64,000 nt of DNA, from assembly GCF_006345805.1 (NCBI RefSeq), contig NC_043002.1, positions 74,524,001-74,588,000 of the forward strand, given 5' to 3'. Position 1 is the first letter of the stretch. Each line of letters begins with the position of its first letter. Below are positions 13,441 to 27,009 of this stretch, piece by piece. Source of the DNA: Octopus sinensis (taxonomy: Eukaryota). A program made the translations under genes and the position numbers. The notes below the pieces were generated by a model, which was not told the DNA's origin, searched no databases, and saw nothing but the letters and a program-made list of their open reading frames with translations.

Positions 13441-13824
13441 TAGCTCTCTCTCAACTCACGAGTTTGTCACCAAGGTAACTAACTCCGTTGAGTTGTCACG
13501 ACTGTGACGAACTGATTTTTGCTTGGGGTGTGCTTGCTTATATAAAGATCCAGAAGGATAGATATATCATTGAGAACAATAGATTTAGTTGGTGGTCTTG
13601 CTATCTCTATTCTAGCTTTTGGTGAAGTATAAGAGGTTAGAAAGGGTCAAGTAGTGAAGACATTATTTCGGCCTAGCTAAAGGCATCTGGAAAATGTAAA
13701 ACTGCTGTCAGAGAAAAACCATTGTTCCGCCATGGGAACAGTTCAGTTGCAGCGTTAATTTAAATTTGGCTATGGTGGATCGAATCCACTTCATGCATGC
13801 AAGATCCACTACATACATATATGA

Positions 13825-14056
13825 AAGGTGGCGAGCTGGCAGACACGTTAGCGCACCGGGCGAAATGTTTAGCGGTATTTCGTCTGTCGTTACGTTGTGA
13901 GTTCAAATTCCGCCGAGGTCAACTTTGCCTTCCATCCTTTCGGGGTCGATAGATAAAGTACCAGTTACGCACTGGGGTCGATGTAATCGAATTAATCCCT
14001 TTGTCTGTCCTTGTTTGTCCCCCCTGTGTTTAGCCCCTTGTGGGCAATAAAGAAAT
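13825..14056 (+). mobile_element. tRNA-derived SINE family A; other copies at about 1184-1360 +, 7787-8000 -, 20090-20280 +, three at 25030-25620 +, 61735-61930 -, 62415-62620 -, 63420-63560 -
   Basis: GGCGAGCTGGCAGA...GAGTTCAAATTCCGCCGAGGTC.ACTTTGCCTT head with B-box-like GTTCAAAT, recurring in the window. Confidence 0.85.
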
Positions 14057-14073
14057 ATATACATACATATATG

Positions 14074-14109
<36 letters not shown>

Positions 14110-14619
14110 TGTATGTATGTATGTATGTATGTAGACACACACACACAATATCCTTTCTTTTCTTTCTTCATTTCTGTCTGTAGAAGAACATAGACTCGAA
14201 ATGACAAAAACTCTTCCACTTTTCCAGAGCGTCAAACTAATACACCTTGTTTGTTGTTTCCTCGCTTGTCTGTCTTCCAGCTCTTTTTTTGCTGCAGTTT
14301 TCTGTACATGTTGAACGTTTCGGGGTCGATAAATTAAGTACCAGTTACGTACTGGGTCGATGTAATCGACCTAATACCTATGTCTGTCCTTGTTTGTCCC
14401 CTCTGTCTTTAGCCCCTTGTGGGTAATAAAGAAATAGGTATACACTGAAACGTTCAAAGGCGTTTACATATAGACAGAGAGACACACTAGGAGATAGGCA
14501 CTGACAGACAGCATAGACATGTAAACAGGGAGTCACATAGAAGTATATTCACGAAGGATAATACATACATAGACAGTCGATACTAACAGGACATTAGAGA
14601 GGAAGAGATAAAGATAGTG

Positions 14620-14668
<49 letters not shown>

Positions 14669-14821
14669 GAGCGCCCGTGAGAGAGAGAGACAGACAGATA
14701 GACAGGTAGACAGACAAAGAAGGAAAGAGAGAAAGAAAAAAGAGGTATAAGTGAGAATGCATTAAAAAAATAAGGCTGGTGACATGAGAAAGTGTGTTAC
14801 TGAGAGAAGTAGGGAGAGAGA

Positions 14822-14864
<43 letters not shown>

Positions 14865-16382
14865 CGCCCGTGTGTGTGTGAGCGCCCGTGTGTGTGTGTG
14901 TGTGTGTGAGCGCCCGTGTATGTATGTGGGGAGGACGGTAAGTGAAATGAAAAACGTGGTGAGTAGGTGAGAAAAAAAGATAGAGAAAAGTAATTCTAAT
15001 TACTTTCTACCACAAGCTTAGGTCCGAATGTCTCCTTACAATATACACCAAGAAAGACAAATGTTACAGAACAATGGAATGACAAAGCAGAACAGAAACC
15101 TCGTATGTTAATTAATTATACCGTCGTTACAGCTGCGTGTGTGTGTGCGCGCGCATGTTTGTATCTATAAAGGGAGTAAACTATTTTGCTTTTAACCAAA
15201 CGGTAAAACAATTTCGTAACTCTTTCAAGTATTAATCTGTCCGCGGCATATGGGCGTACGTACGTACGTACACGTGGTTACGTGTGCGCGTGATTGTTTA
15301 AGAAAACCGACTGCACGAGCCCTCAATAGATAGATAAACATCATCTGTTTAGACAGACAATAATAACAATGAAAGAGCATGAATATAACATTCTGATCCT
15401 TGACACAATATGGAAATTCAAAGACTGACATCGTAATTGAGGAGTTATTATTCTAAGATACAGGAGAAAAGGTAAACGGATTGGAATACACAAACAGGAC
15501 GTAACGTTAGAAGTGGTGTATTTCCAACAGGAAGTGAGAATTCCTTAAGCAGCTGCTGAATTTGAGTAAATACGTTATGGGATCGACAAACGTCTGCCAT
15601 TGACCCCTTTTACGTAATCGCTGACAATCATGTAAATTTTCTAAAATAAAATTGAAAGTACGATTAATAAACAACTTCTTGACTTAAAAATAACAATTCC
15701 TTTGTTCTTTTATGTCGTTGCTACTTTTTTACAAGACATATTTAAAGAAATTTAATGGAAAAGCTTAATGAAACTAATTCATTTTATATCATTTTATATC
15801 ATCACAAGTATATATTTTATTTAATTTTTATCCCTATATTATTAATTTTATATTTATAGACATAGGTTACATGAGAACATAGTTTTTGTAATTTTTTATT
15901 TTTATTCGTCTTTTTATCTTTCTTTTATTTTTGTAATTTTTTATTTGAATTAAATCATGGCTTATACAGTAGGGTCCAGCGAGCTTATTTTCACATACTT
16001 ATTTGGTTAAAAAATTAAAATATAGTTTTTAGTATCAAACTATGATAAAGTGATGTAGAGACCTGATGATTGGGTTTATATTTTAAGAAAGGTTCCAGCA
16101 AAACACGGCGTGGTTAAGGAACCGAGAAATGAACCTCAAGAAACACGTGTAGCCGAGATATAATTAGTAAGTATTTAAATTAAAATTCTTTTATATGGTG
16201 GGATGAAGGGGCCTACTATCTCTAAATGAAAATATATATTTTCCTCTTTGAGAATAATTTGAACCCCTAACAAATTCCCTAACAAATAAAATAAAATAAT
16301 ATATATATATATATATACATAGAGAGAGGAGAGAGAGAAATAGAGAGAGATACATACGTACATGCATACATACATACATGCA

Positions 16383-16414
<32 letters not shown>

Positions 16415-16415
16415 C

Positions 16416-16459
<44 letters not shown>

Positions 16460-16918
16460 GTATGTGTTAGTGTGTGTGTGTGCGCGTGTGTGTTAAAGAA
16501 GACACTCGAGTGAGATACTACAATGTGACTTAATGTAACATGGTAGGATTGGATAGTGATACTAACAGCGGGACCGCTGTTATGGAGATCGATTCGCTAC
16601 TGATACTATGAAACGCGTTTTATCATATGGACATTCTCGTCGATCGATGGGCTGCCTATCATATACATGCATACATATACATACATACTATTATATTTGG
16701 ATGTATATGTATGTAAGCAAATGTATTTGTGCGTGCGTGTATATAATATATATATACACATAAGTCATCTAAAGGTCCATAAGTCAGGAGAAAGATGCAG
16801 TCGTATATCTATCAATGTATACTATTATAAATCCATCACGGCTGATCTTACCAACCGGTTTCGCGCTAGATGTACAACGGAGTGTTAGGAACAGTCGCCA
16901 TATTTCATCCCATATCGG

Positions 16919-17000
16919 TTACCTCTGATGAGCGTAGCGTTATATAATCGGATTATTATTTAACACTACGTTGTACTCCTAACGCGAAACCGATTGGTAA
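16919..17000 (+). ncRNA. Second candidate Penelope-type hammerhead inside an inverted repeat (16848-17000)
   Basis: UUACCU-CUGAUGA-GCGU...ACGC-GAAA-CCGA-U-U-GGUAA. The inverted partial copy upstream has the palindromic ACCGGU version. Confidence 0.4.
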
Positions 17001-17429
17001 GATCAGCTGTGTTGGATATATAAAACCGTACATCTCGGACAGCACAGATATGACAGTATGGTTTCGCAGTTCGGCTTGCCATCACGTAGCTTCGGGTTCA
17101 GTCCCGATCTACAGCCCCTTCAACAAGCGTCTTATACTCACAGGGTATACTTATACACACAGGGCATTGCTCTGCGTAGAGCTATGCTCCGGGCAGAGCA
17201 ATACCCTGTGAGTATATCTATGTGTGTGCGTGCCTCTTTGTATCTTTCACCACAATGCTTGACAACCGGTGTTAGTTTGTTTAACTTATTACACTTAGCA
17301 GAGAAATTGACTATGTACCAGACTCAAAAAGAATATGTACTATGGCCAATTTGTTCGATTAAACCCTTCGAGATTGTGGCCAATTATGGCTGCTATCCAG
17401 TGACTGAAAGAACAATAACTGTTATTTTT

Positions 17430-17830
17430 AAAATCTCTTTAAAATAACAACCGGATATGAACATTTATATTCGCTCTTTCACAGAGTAGATCATCTGCCC
17501 ATAAACTGGCACTCCGTCGGTTACGATGACGAGTGTTCCAGTCGACTCGATCAACGAAACAGCCTGCCAGTGAACTTATCGTGCAAGTGGCTGAGTACTC
17601 CACGGACATATTTACTCTTTTACGAATTTCACTGGAACATTCAGCGTGACACAGAATGCGACAAGGCTTGCTCTTAGAAATTCTGGTACTATCCATTTTT
17701 GCCAGCTGAGTGAACAGAAGCAACGTAAATAAAGTGGCTTGGTCAAGGACACAACTCGCCGCCAAGGGTCGAACTCACGACCTTACGTTCGTGAACTGAA
17801 ATATCATGTCCACTAAGCTATACACCTTCA
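17430..17830 (-). mobile_element. tRNA-derived SINE family D; copies at about 31470-31770 -, 58150-58720 + (interrupted), 58960-59125 -
   Basis: Shared GCAAGTGGCTGAGTACTCCAC...GCCAGCTG.GTG.AC.GGAGCAACGTGAAAT.AAGTG..TTG.TCAAG body. Confidence 0.75.
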
Positions 17831-18499
17831 CTAGCCCATAAGCACGGATACCAATAAAGACGTAACCCATCGAAATCCCATTCTGAGATTTAAAATATAG
17901 CAACACCATCCAGGTAAGAAGTTCAATCCCACTGCGTAACACCTGGGACTAGTGTCTTCTACGATAGCCTCAGACTGACCAAGGCCTTGTGAGTGGATTT
18001 GATAGACGGAAACTGAAAGAAGACCGTCGTATATATACATGTGTGTGTGAGTGTGTGTGTGTGTGTGTGTGTGGTGTGTGTGTGTGAGTGTGTAGGTGTG
18101 TGTACGCGGGTGTGCGTGCGTGCGGGCGTGTTTGTCTGTCTCTGTGTATGTGCATGTGTCTGTGTCTGTGTTTGTCCCCTACACTGCTTGACAACTGGTA
18201 TTGTTTACGCCCTCGCAACGTAGCGGTTCGGCAAAAGATGCCGATAGAATAAGTGCCAGGCTTTAAGAAAATAAGCACTGACATCTATTCGGCTAAAATT
18301 CTTCAACGGTAGTGAAGACTGAAACAAGTAAAAGGATAAAAAGATAAAGTTTTCGCTATAAGATCGACAGCTTCAATAAAAGTGATACTACTGAAACCGA
18401 ATTCTGTAACAAATTTTACTCTTATTTTAGTATTGAGTTTCCTAGTAAGTAAATTTCCTGGTGTTATTCTTTTATTCACGTTTTTCACATGTTTCAGTG

Positions 18500-18776
18500 G
18501 ATCTTTTCGGTTTGAACGGAAACCCAATCTGTTTCTTAAACGAGGGACATATTCATACGGCACAGAATGTTTTCACCTCAATAGACGTCATTGATTGGTT
18601 GAAATTGCAGAAATTGAAGAAAAAAAACAACAAATATCTTACAAACTATAGAATTTTCTCAATAAAGCCAAGCGAAAAAGATGAATTATAAACACATTCT
18701 ACCAGTATACGAAGTTTAAAAGTGTTTAGTTACGTGAAAATTATTTTTAAAAACTGCCGGTCAAACCGAAAAGATC
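18500..18776. mobile_element. MITE with about 22-bp TIRs GATCTTTTCGGTTTGA.CGG
   Basis: Inverted termini at 18500-18520 and 18755-18776, AT-rich interior. Confidence 0.7.
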
Positions 18777-19516
18777 TGTTTCAGTTATTGGACTACAATT
18801 TAATATAAGTCTAAAATACACACACACGCATACATACATATATACATACATGCATACACACACACATATATATATATACACACATACCTGCGCGCGCGCG
18901 CACACACATACACATACACGAAAATATCTACACCTTACATCTATACGCTTACACCGAGTGAATATTTGCTTATAAGAACAACAACAATAATAATCATACT
19001 CTCTTTATACTTCTCCGAAAGAGTCAACTCCTTTTTTGGCCAGACTTATACTTAATAAGCATGGCGATGTACTTATTCTCCTTCGGACTGATACCCGAAT
19101 CTCATATAATAAAGTAAGACTTGCGCTAGAACAGCAGTTAGTGGTATACATACATGGTGAGTGGGTAAGCAATTAAATTAGATTTCTGTGGCGGTCTTAT
19201 TTGTTTATACTTACTTAATTGTTTAATATGTTGATAAACTAGTAATCAGCTTTCCTTATGCTTACTAAGTATATAATCTTAAATTTCAAGATTTCTGCAC
19301 TCACACGAACATGTTGTATTAATCAGTGAGCTAAACAAATTATCTTTCCTCTCTTTTCCTCTGATCAGTTTGTCCAAATCATCGATGGTCGTCAAGCATT
19401 ATTCCCATCACCATCTGTTCTGTTGTTAATCTTAAAGGACTCTTTTTACTTGTCGGTTCAATAATCATAACAGCCTTCTTCTTCTTCTTCTTCTTCTTAT
19501 TATTATTATTATTATC

Positions 19517-19547
<31 letters not shown>

Positions 19548-19693
19548 ATTATTATTATTATCATCATCATCATCATGCAACTAGCATACAAATATACCTC
19601 CCTACTACTCTCTCATTCTCCTTTATATTTACACACACGTATGTATGTAATATACATACATACATATACATATATGCATACACACACACACAC

Positions 19694-19730
<37 letters not shown>

Positions 19731-19749
19731 GTGTGTGTGTGTGTATGCG

Positions 19750-19792
<43 letters not shown>

Positions 19793-20284
19793 TATATATA
19801 TATCTATATATATATATATATGTGTGTGGTGTGTGTGTGTGTGTGTGTATGCGTATATGTATATATATATATATATTATATATATATATACATACATATA
19901 TGCATGCGCATATATATCTATGTGTGTATGTATGTATGTCTATTTGCATGTATATACGTATGTATGTATATATACATACATACATATACATTTATATGTG
20001 AGTGTATACATAATGTAATGCAGTGATTTAAAAATATTTGTAGAATATATATATATCCCAAATGTGTGTGTGTGTGTGTGTGTGTGTAAGGTGTGCTTAG
20101 CAGCATTTCGTCCGTCTGTAGGTTCCGAGTTCAATTCTGCCGGAATCGACTTTGCCTTTCGTCCTTTCGGGTTCGATAGAATAAATACCAATAGCTATAA
20201 CACTGGGATCGATTTAATTGACTTGGCTTCTTCCCCAAACTTAGTAGCCAAGTGTCAAAACTAGAAACCGATATTATGTGTGTG

Positions 20285-20347
<63 letters not shown>

Positions 20348-21679
20348 ACTGGAAATAGAGTAATTGCAGTAGTCCTCGATTACATGCGAAAACTTCGGGA
20401 TATTTGTACAGCTATTCAGTTATTATGAGGAGAATTCACACAAAAAAAACCGAAAGACGAAGACAGGTGGTGTGGACAACAAACAGATGTATTAGTTTAA
20501 CGCTTGGGAAGTGAAAAAAATCGTTAACGTTTCGAGCCTACGCTCTTCCACAGAAAGGAACACAGAAAGAAACCAGGAGAGAAGATTAAGAATGTGTCAT
20601 GACTAACGATCTATCAGTTATTATCTTGGTTCTTAGAAAAATGTTCGGACGTACCTTGTGGTGGGATTACCGTCGCAGATGGTCGCTCTTCTTTGAAGTG
20701 TTGAAGTGTAAAATATTGGGTACTTCTTCGGAATTCCCCACCACCCTATAACTTCTGAACCAGTAATTTTCTTTTTTAATATTTTCATTTTATTATGTTT
20801 TCGATATCGGAGATTACGATTTAGCAAAAGAAGAATTTTTTTTAATAATTAACCTCCTCCAATTTATTTACTTTGTTTACACAGTCGACAACGTATGCCG
20901 CCACGCACAAAATGACAGCTTCCAAATCCGGTTTCCTTATTGGGTGAAAATGATCAAACTTTAAACCTCTATAACTTTTTAAAAACATTCAAGCTAAATC
21001 ACTGGAGGTGTTTCACTTTTTCCAGGAAAATGTTTTAAAAAAGTTTGATCATTTAAATCCATCACCGACACACATCACCCACTGTTGTTTCTTTCCTCTG
21101 TCTCTTCTATCACGACTAAAACAACCGTTATTCATGTAAATTAGCTAAACACCAACTAGTTAACTAACTGCTCTCATCCACCCGGCACACCAACCGTTTT
21201 TTTTTTCTTCCCATCTCCCTTGTAATGTTTCACCACTCTCCTCTGATCCTGCACCAATACTTACCCACTCCTTCACCGCTACCCCAGAACAATTCTACAG
21301 TATGTCCTTCTTGGCCCACTTACATATTTCTAATGCCAAACATCGATCTACAGCTGTTTAAACTGGACTTCAACCGCATTAATCGCACCAGTCTGGGAGA
21401 GCGTTCAAAAATCACGAACATTTCCTCGTCTCCTTTTTCACTAGATTCTAGAAAACATACAAAAGAAATCCTGCTGTAATAAGTGTATTGTGCAACAAAT
21501 CTTGTACCAGAAATACAACACAGTCAGTGTGTGATGTGTGTGTGTGTATACATGCACACACATATACATACACACGTACACATACATACATTGTAGTACA
21601 AGTAGAAAGATATATATTTTTCAATGCATAAATACTGATAGAACAGCAAATATAGGATAAAATCCTTACAGAGCAGATG

Positions 21680-22746
21680 TCCCGTATCTTTGTTCGACAC
21701 ACAATGTCTTTAATATAACCCCATAGAAAATTCCAAGGGAGTGATATCCAAGGAACGATGTAGCCAGGAAATGGGAATGGGACCATCCCTTCCAACCCAT
21801 CAGTCTGGAGATGTTTGATTTAGGAAGCCACGAATATGCAGTCCCCAATGTGGTGGTACACCATCCTGTTGGAAAATGATGGTTGGTTGACAGCCATCCA
21901 GTTGGTCATCTAGTTGGTCATCCACAGTTAAAAGGTCAAGGTAAACATTTGCAGAAATTGATCTCTCTGCAAAGAAAAATGGACTAATGATTCGATTGCA
22001 CATCATCCCACTCCAGAAATTTACCTTTAGACTATCTCACTGGAGTTCTCTAGTCATATGAGAGTGTTCTGATAACTGAACACACATAGTGTGTTCAGTT
22101 TCCCTGAAACATTAAAGGTTGTCTCATCATTAACGCTATATCCTCAGAAATTCGTTCCAGCATGTTGACTGCAAACCTTTTTCGACTTGGTTTATCATTT
22201 GGTTCGAGTGCCTGTAAGAGTTTCACTTTGTAAGCGTAAAATCGCAAGTTCTTGAGTAGGACTTTCTGCACCGTTGAACGTGGTGGTTTTAACTGTCTGG
22301 CAGCAGTACGTATGGACTTTGTAAGATAATAGCAAATGCCTGTCTTACACGATCGATGTTTATCCTCAGATAAGTTTGGTCGTCCACTCCACCCTTTATC
22401 AAACACTTCCTGTTTCCATAAATTTCTTTGCCGTGCACGAATTGGCGGACATTACGGTGGATGTCTTCCATTCTTGAGCCTGTACTTTCGCTGGATCTGC
22501 ATGTCCGATTTCGTTTCAATAACACACGATATAAGTTGTGTCTTTTCTTGAGGAGTAGCAAATTTTTTAGGGTTTCATTTGACAGAACCTTTTCCGTCAA
22601 CAAGGTACCTGAAAAACACAAATGCAATGTGATTTAAAACTTTGATAACCACTGAGTACATAGAACAAATCTGATAAAAAAAAACCCACATCAATTGCCT
22701 TTGTAATAAATTTTTGAAATTGTAAAGAGACTTTATGGACACCCTG
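21680..22746 (-). mobile_element. 3'-truncated decayed Tc1/mariner (rosa/DD41D-like) transposon
   Basis: TIR CAGGGTGTCCATAAAGTCTCTTTACAATTT at 22746. Fragments KSIRTAARQLK.PRSTVQKVL, PFFFAE...IFQQDGVPPHW and FLWGYIKDIV in shifting frames. Confidence 0.85.
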
Positions 22747-22835
22747 TGTATACACACACACACACACACTCACATATATACATACACACATATATATATA
22801 CATACATACATACACACACATACATATACATACAC

Positions 22836-22878
<43 letters not shown>

Positions 22879-23485
22879 CATACGCACACATACACACATA
22901 AACATACACACACACATATATATATAGATATATATGTGTGTGTATATATATATATATATGCATGCATATATATATATATACACACACACACACATATAGA
23001 CAAATATATATGTGTGTGTGCATGCATACACACACATAACTTCTCATTCACACACAGAGAACTACTCATTAACGGGAAAATCTGACAAAATTAGACTAGT
23101 TAAAAGGAGAAAAAATATATATAGCTTCTCTTTCATTATACACGTTCTTTTCTTCCTTTCAATTAATCTTGGATTTTCTTTGTTGATCCGTTTGTAGGGT
23201 TTATTTCTTTTCTTTTCTTTTAGTTACTCGTTCCTGGAATCGGACTTGGCAGTGAGAGTTTAATTTATTGATTGTACAAATACGGGGGCATTTTGTTTCC
23301 AAGGTGAGCGTTTGCATGATTGTAGCCTGTTTGTGCTTGTCTTCAAATACCAAACAAATTATTCAAAGATAAAAAGATTTGTAAAGCGTGTTGATATAGA
23401 GTACAGGTAGAATTAAATTTTTGTTTAGAGAAAAATAAGGGCTATGTAACTGATTTGGTTCGTAGAAATGGTCTCACTTTCCTCT

Positions 23486-23531
<46 letters not shown>

Positions 23532-23574
23532 ACAGCAATATATATCACACCTTAAAAATCCAAGAATTGTTTCA

Positions 23575-23993
23575 ATTACATTAACATATATTGAGTTGGT
23601 TTCATGGCAAAGAATTCATCAAAGTATCTTTTTACGCCATGCAAGGAATTGAATTTCTTACCATTAAGACTATTCTGCAGAGACCTGAATAAGTGGAAAT
23701 CTGAAGGAGCAATAGCTGGTGAATATGGAGGGTGAGAGCCGAGCTGCAGCAATTTTTGTCTGGTTCCCAAAGCATCAAGTGCCGAAAATGAACTTTCTTA
23801 TCTTCCCTTTTAAAGAGTTACCGAATTAACACAGGTTATAGGAACATAAACCTTCCTCCACGAAAGGGTAGCTTAAACAGTGCTCTAAAAAGAAGGTGTA
23901 GTCAAATCCTATTTTATGGATTCAACCATGTTCTAAAATAAATCGAAAGGTAAGCTACTATAAATCGGCACGAACTTTCCGGACAACCCAATA
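23575..23993 (-). mobile_element. Deleted mariner (Mos1/DD34D-like) relic
   Basis: HPPYSPAIAPSDFHLFRSLQNSLNGKKF motif. Mariner-type TIR TATTGGGTTGTCCGGAAAGTTCGTGCCGATTT at the right end. Confidence 0.85.
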
Positions 23994-26900
23994 CATACAC
24001 ACACACACACACACTCTGAATTTCTTTAAAAATTCTACAAAAGGATTGCTGGATTTACCTGTCATGCTTGATGATTTACCTGGGATTTGCATTCCACTTG
24101 CATTTACTGGTATCTGATTGTTGGAAATTTAACCATATACCTTTATACTGGGTGCTTAATTGATATCTGCCAGGACTTTTTAATCTCATTTTTTCTTTAT
24201 ATATATAAATAATATAATATAAATTAGAGATAAAACCACTATTATGCAACTCAAACAGTGATAGACATATATATAAAACTGTTGAGAGTAGATATTAGAT
24301 CTTGATCTTAGCCATAAGATTGATCTATTTATCGTACTTAATGCAATGTATATACACGGGTATCAGGCAAGATATAACGGTTTTTGTCCGGCATAAATTC
24401 CCTTATAGACGTTCTGTATTTAAAAAAAAGGACGATATATAGCGGAAGGAAACGAAAAATTATCGCGGCAGCATATTGCGAGAACGCCAGATGCATTTCG
24501 GCCTTCGTGTGGCTTTTCAATAAATGTATTCGTAGTTACAGGCCTAGATGAAATTTGTCTCCTCCGATATATAGGAAACAGTGAATACTACTCACTGACA
24601 TTGCGAGTAGCTACCGAGTTGAATAAAATATCCGGTGTACACAACTGTGGCAGCATTAGATTTAAATAGCTATCTGTGTATCATGCTTAATGTATATATA
24701 TATCGTTGACAAGCAAGATGGTGTGGTTTTCTTCTGAAATAAAATCTCTTATAGACATGTATTTAAAAATACAATATATAACTGAAATGCATCTGCAGTT
24801 CTTGTTAGCCGCTACTGGGACAATTTTTCGATTCCTCCTGATATGTTTTGTATTTTTAAGAGAGTTTATATAGGACGAAAACCACAGTATCTTTGTTTGT
24901 CAAATGCGTATAAACATTAATTATGTTACGTAACTGGCTATTTTAATGCAATGCTGCTTCAGTTGCGTACATCGGATACACACACATACACGCGCACACT
25001 CACGCATGCGTACTTAGCAGAAAAGAATGATGGTAGGCGGCCTGGCAGAATCATTAGAGCATAGAAAAAACGCTTTGTGATATTTTTCGGGTTTTTTTTC
25101 ACGTTCTATGTTCAAATTCCGCGTAGATCGACTTTGCTTCCATCCCTCCAGAGACAATTAAAATGAAGTACTGGAGTTGATATAAACGACAAAGCACCTT
25201 CCCCTAAAATTGCTGGCATTGAGCCAAGAGCTGGCAGAATCGCTAGAGCGTCGGACAAAATACCTAGCGGTATTTCTTCTGACTCATTACCTTCCGAGTT
25301 CAAATCCTGCTGGGCTCAACTTTGCCTTTCCTCAATAAAATAAAGTACCAGTCAAGTATTGGGATTGGTGGTATCGACTTACCCACTTTCCTCAAAATTG
25401 CTGGCCCTGTACCAAAACCAAAAACCGTCAAGCCGGTGAAATGACAGCATCATTAACGTGTCGGACAAAATGCTCAGCGACATTTCTTCCGAAGTCAGCT
25501 TTGCTTTCATCTTTTCGGGGTCGACAAAATAAATAGCAGTTAAGTACTGGGATCGATGTAATCGACTAACTCCATTCCCTAAAAAAATGATGGCCTTCTT
25601 CCAAAATCTGTAACCATTATTATTATTTTATCTAGTTGCCAGTCGAGAAATAAGGTTTCATCGATTCGATGCTATTCAAGCCATATAAAATCCATTTCTC
25701 TCATTCGCTTTCAACTGTTCTACATCTGGTGTTTTTTTACCGTCCTTTCCACAAAGTAACCATCTTAAATGCCTCCTTTTACCCTGTCCCGGTTCATCCC
25801 GAATATGTAGACAAGCATTTTGAGGCGCCAGTAGAAAAACAACCACACTATTACAATTAATTTTGTAGTACATCTCCTCATTTAACACTTCACTGGACCA
25901 GAAGATACGCAGAATTCCCTCGTGTACCCATTATAGAAAACATCGATCTCACGTCTCTTACTTCGTGCTAGCATTCTGACCCATACATAAGAACAGTTTT
26001 GGATCCAGTAAACATTATTGTTTACAGGGTCTAACTTCAATCCTAAGATTGCCAAATCGACTGAAGTCATATGACTACCTCATAAGCTTTGATAGGCCTT
26101 GCCCTGTTGGCTTTACTGATAAGGCTTCCTATACATGTAAAGTCCTTAGCATAGTCAAGAGAGGTTCACTGTTAGTAATGATAAGAGCAGGTTGGAGTTT
26201 ATGCACATGATTTGTCTTTAAGTTATTGATAATAAAATCTATCTGCTTTGTAGAATTGTTCAGCCATAAAAACATTACAACAAGGAACAGTGACAGAAAG
26301 TAACTGAAAAAAAAAAGACAAGGCATACATCAATCCTAATGCGGTCAGGTATTCATTCTCTGAACACGCAAGGAAAACAACCAAAACTTCATGTATTGTG
26401 AATAAAAACCACCAGCCGAAGGACATCATCATTCACAGAAACTAACTCGCAGCCATCATCATCATCGTCCTCATCACATGTACACGTATACCAATTTATG
26501 GATATATAGAATGATGTGCAAACAATTGACAAACGAAGTCAATTTTTTAATAAATTAATTTTTTATAAATTAATAAGCATTCATTCATTATTCAATTAGT
26601 TTTCACAAGCACCACCTCAACCACAGTCACCAACCAGTCCACCCACACCAGGTATCCCATATATATAGGTGTGTTCTGAAGGCTAAATGGTGTGAATTTC
26701 CCAATTGAATAGCATTGTTTGTTCAGCGGTAGGAGGTGGAAGTCAGTAATCATTTGAGATTATTAACAACGACAGCATTACTGTCGCGTAACCTTTACGC
26801 AATCAATCAAGCCAAGGTTTATAACAACTACAAGCATATATATCTGCTCTATTATTCAATTATGACACTTCACGTATTCTCAGGTTCATATTTGCTTTTA

Positions 26901-27009
26901 CAACGCAATTCGTCTGAACCATTTCTTCTACTGCCATATCACACTTACAGAAATAGAGCAGAACAAATGCTTACAGCTCATAAATATTGGTAAACGGCAT
27001 GGTCAGATT

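Noticed and set aside
13660-13710. Minus-strand GCCT-TTAGCT-AGGC-CGAAA hairpin resembling a hammerhead stem II
   Set aside because: No intact CUGANGA upstream.
14669-14917. Repeat-spacer look of the GAGCGCCCGT units as a CRISPR array
   Set aside because: The repeat is 10 bp, the spacers are (GT)n, and the context is eukaryotic with no cas genes.
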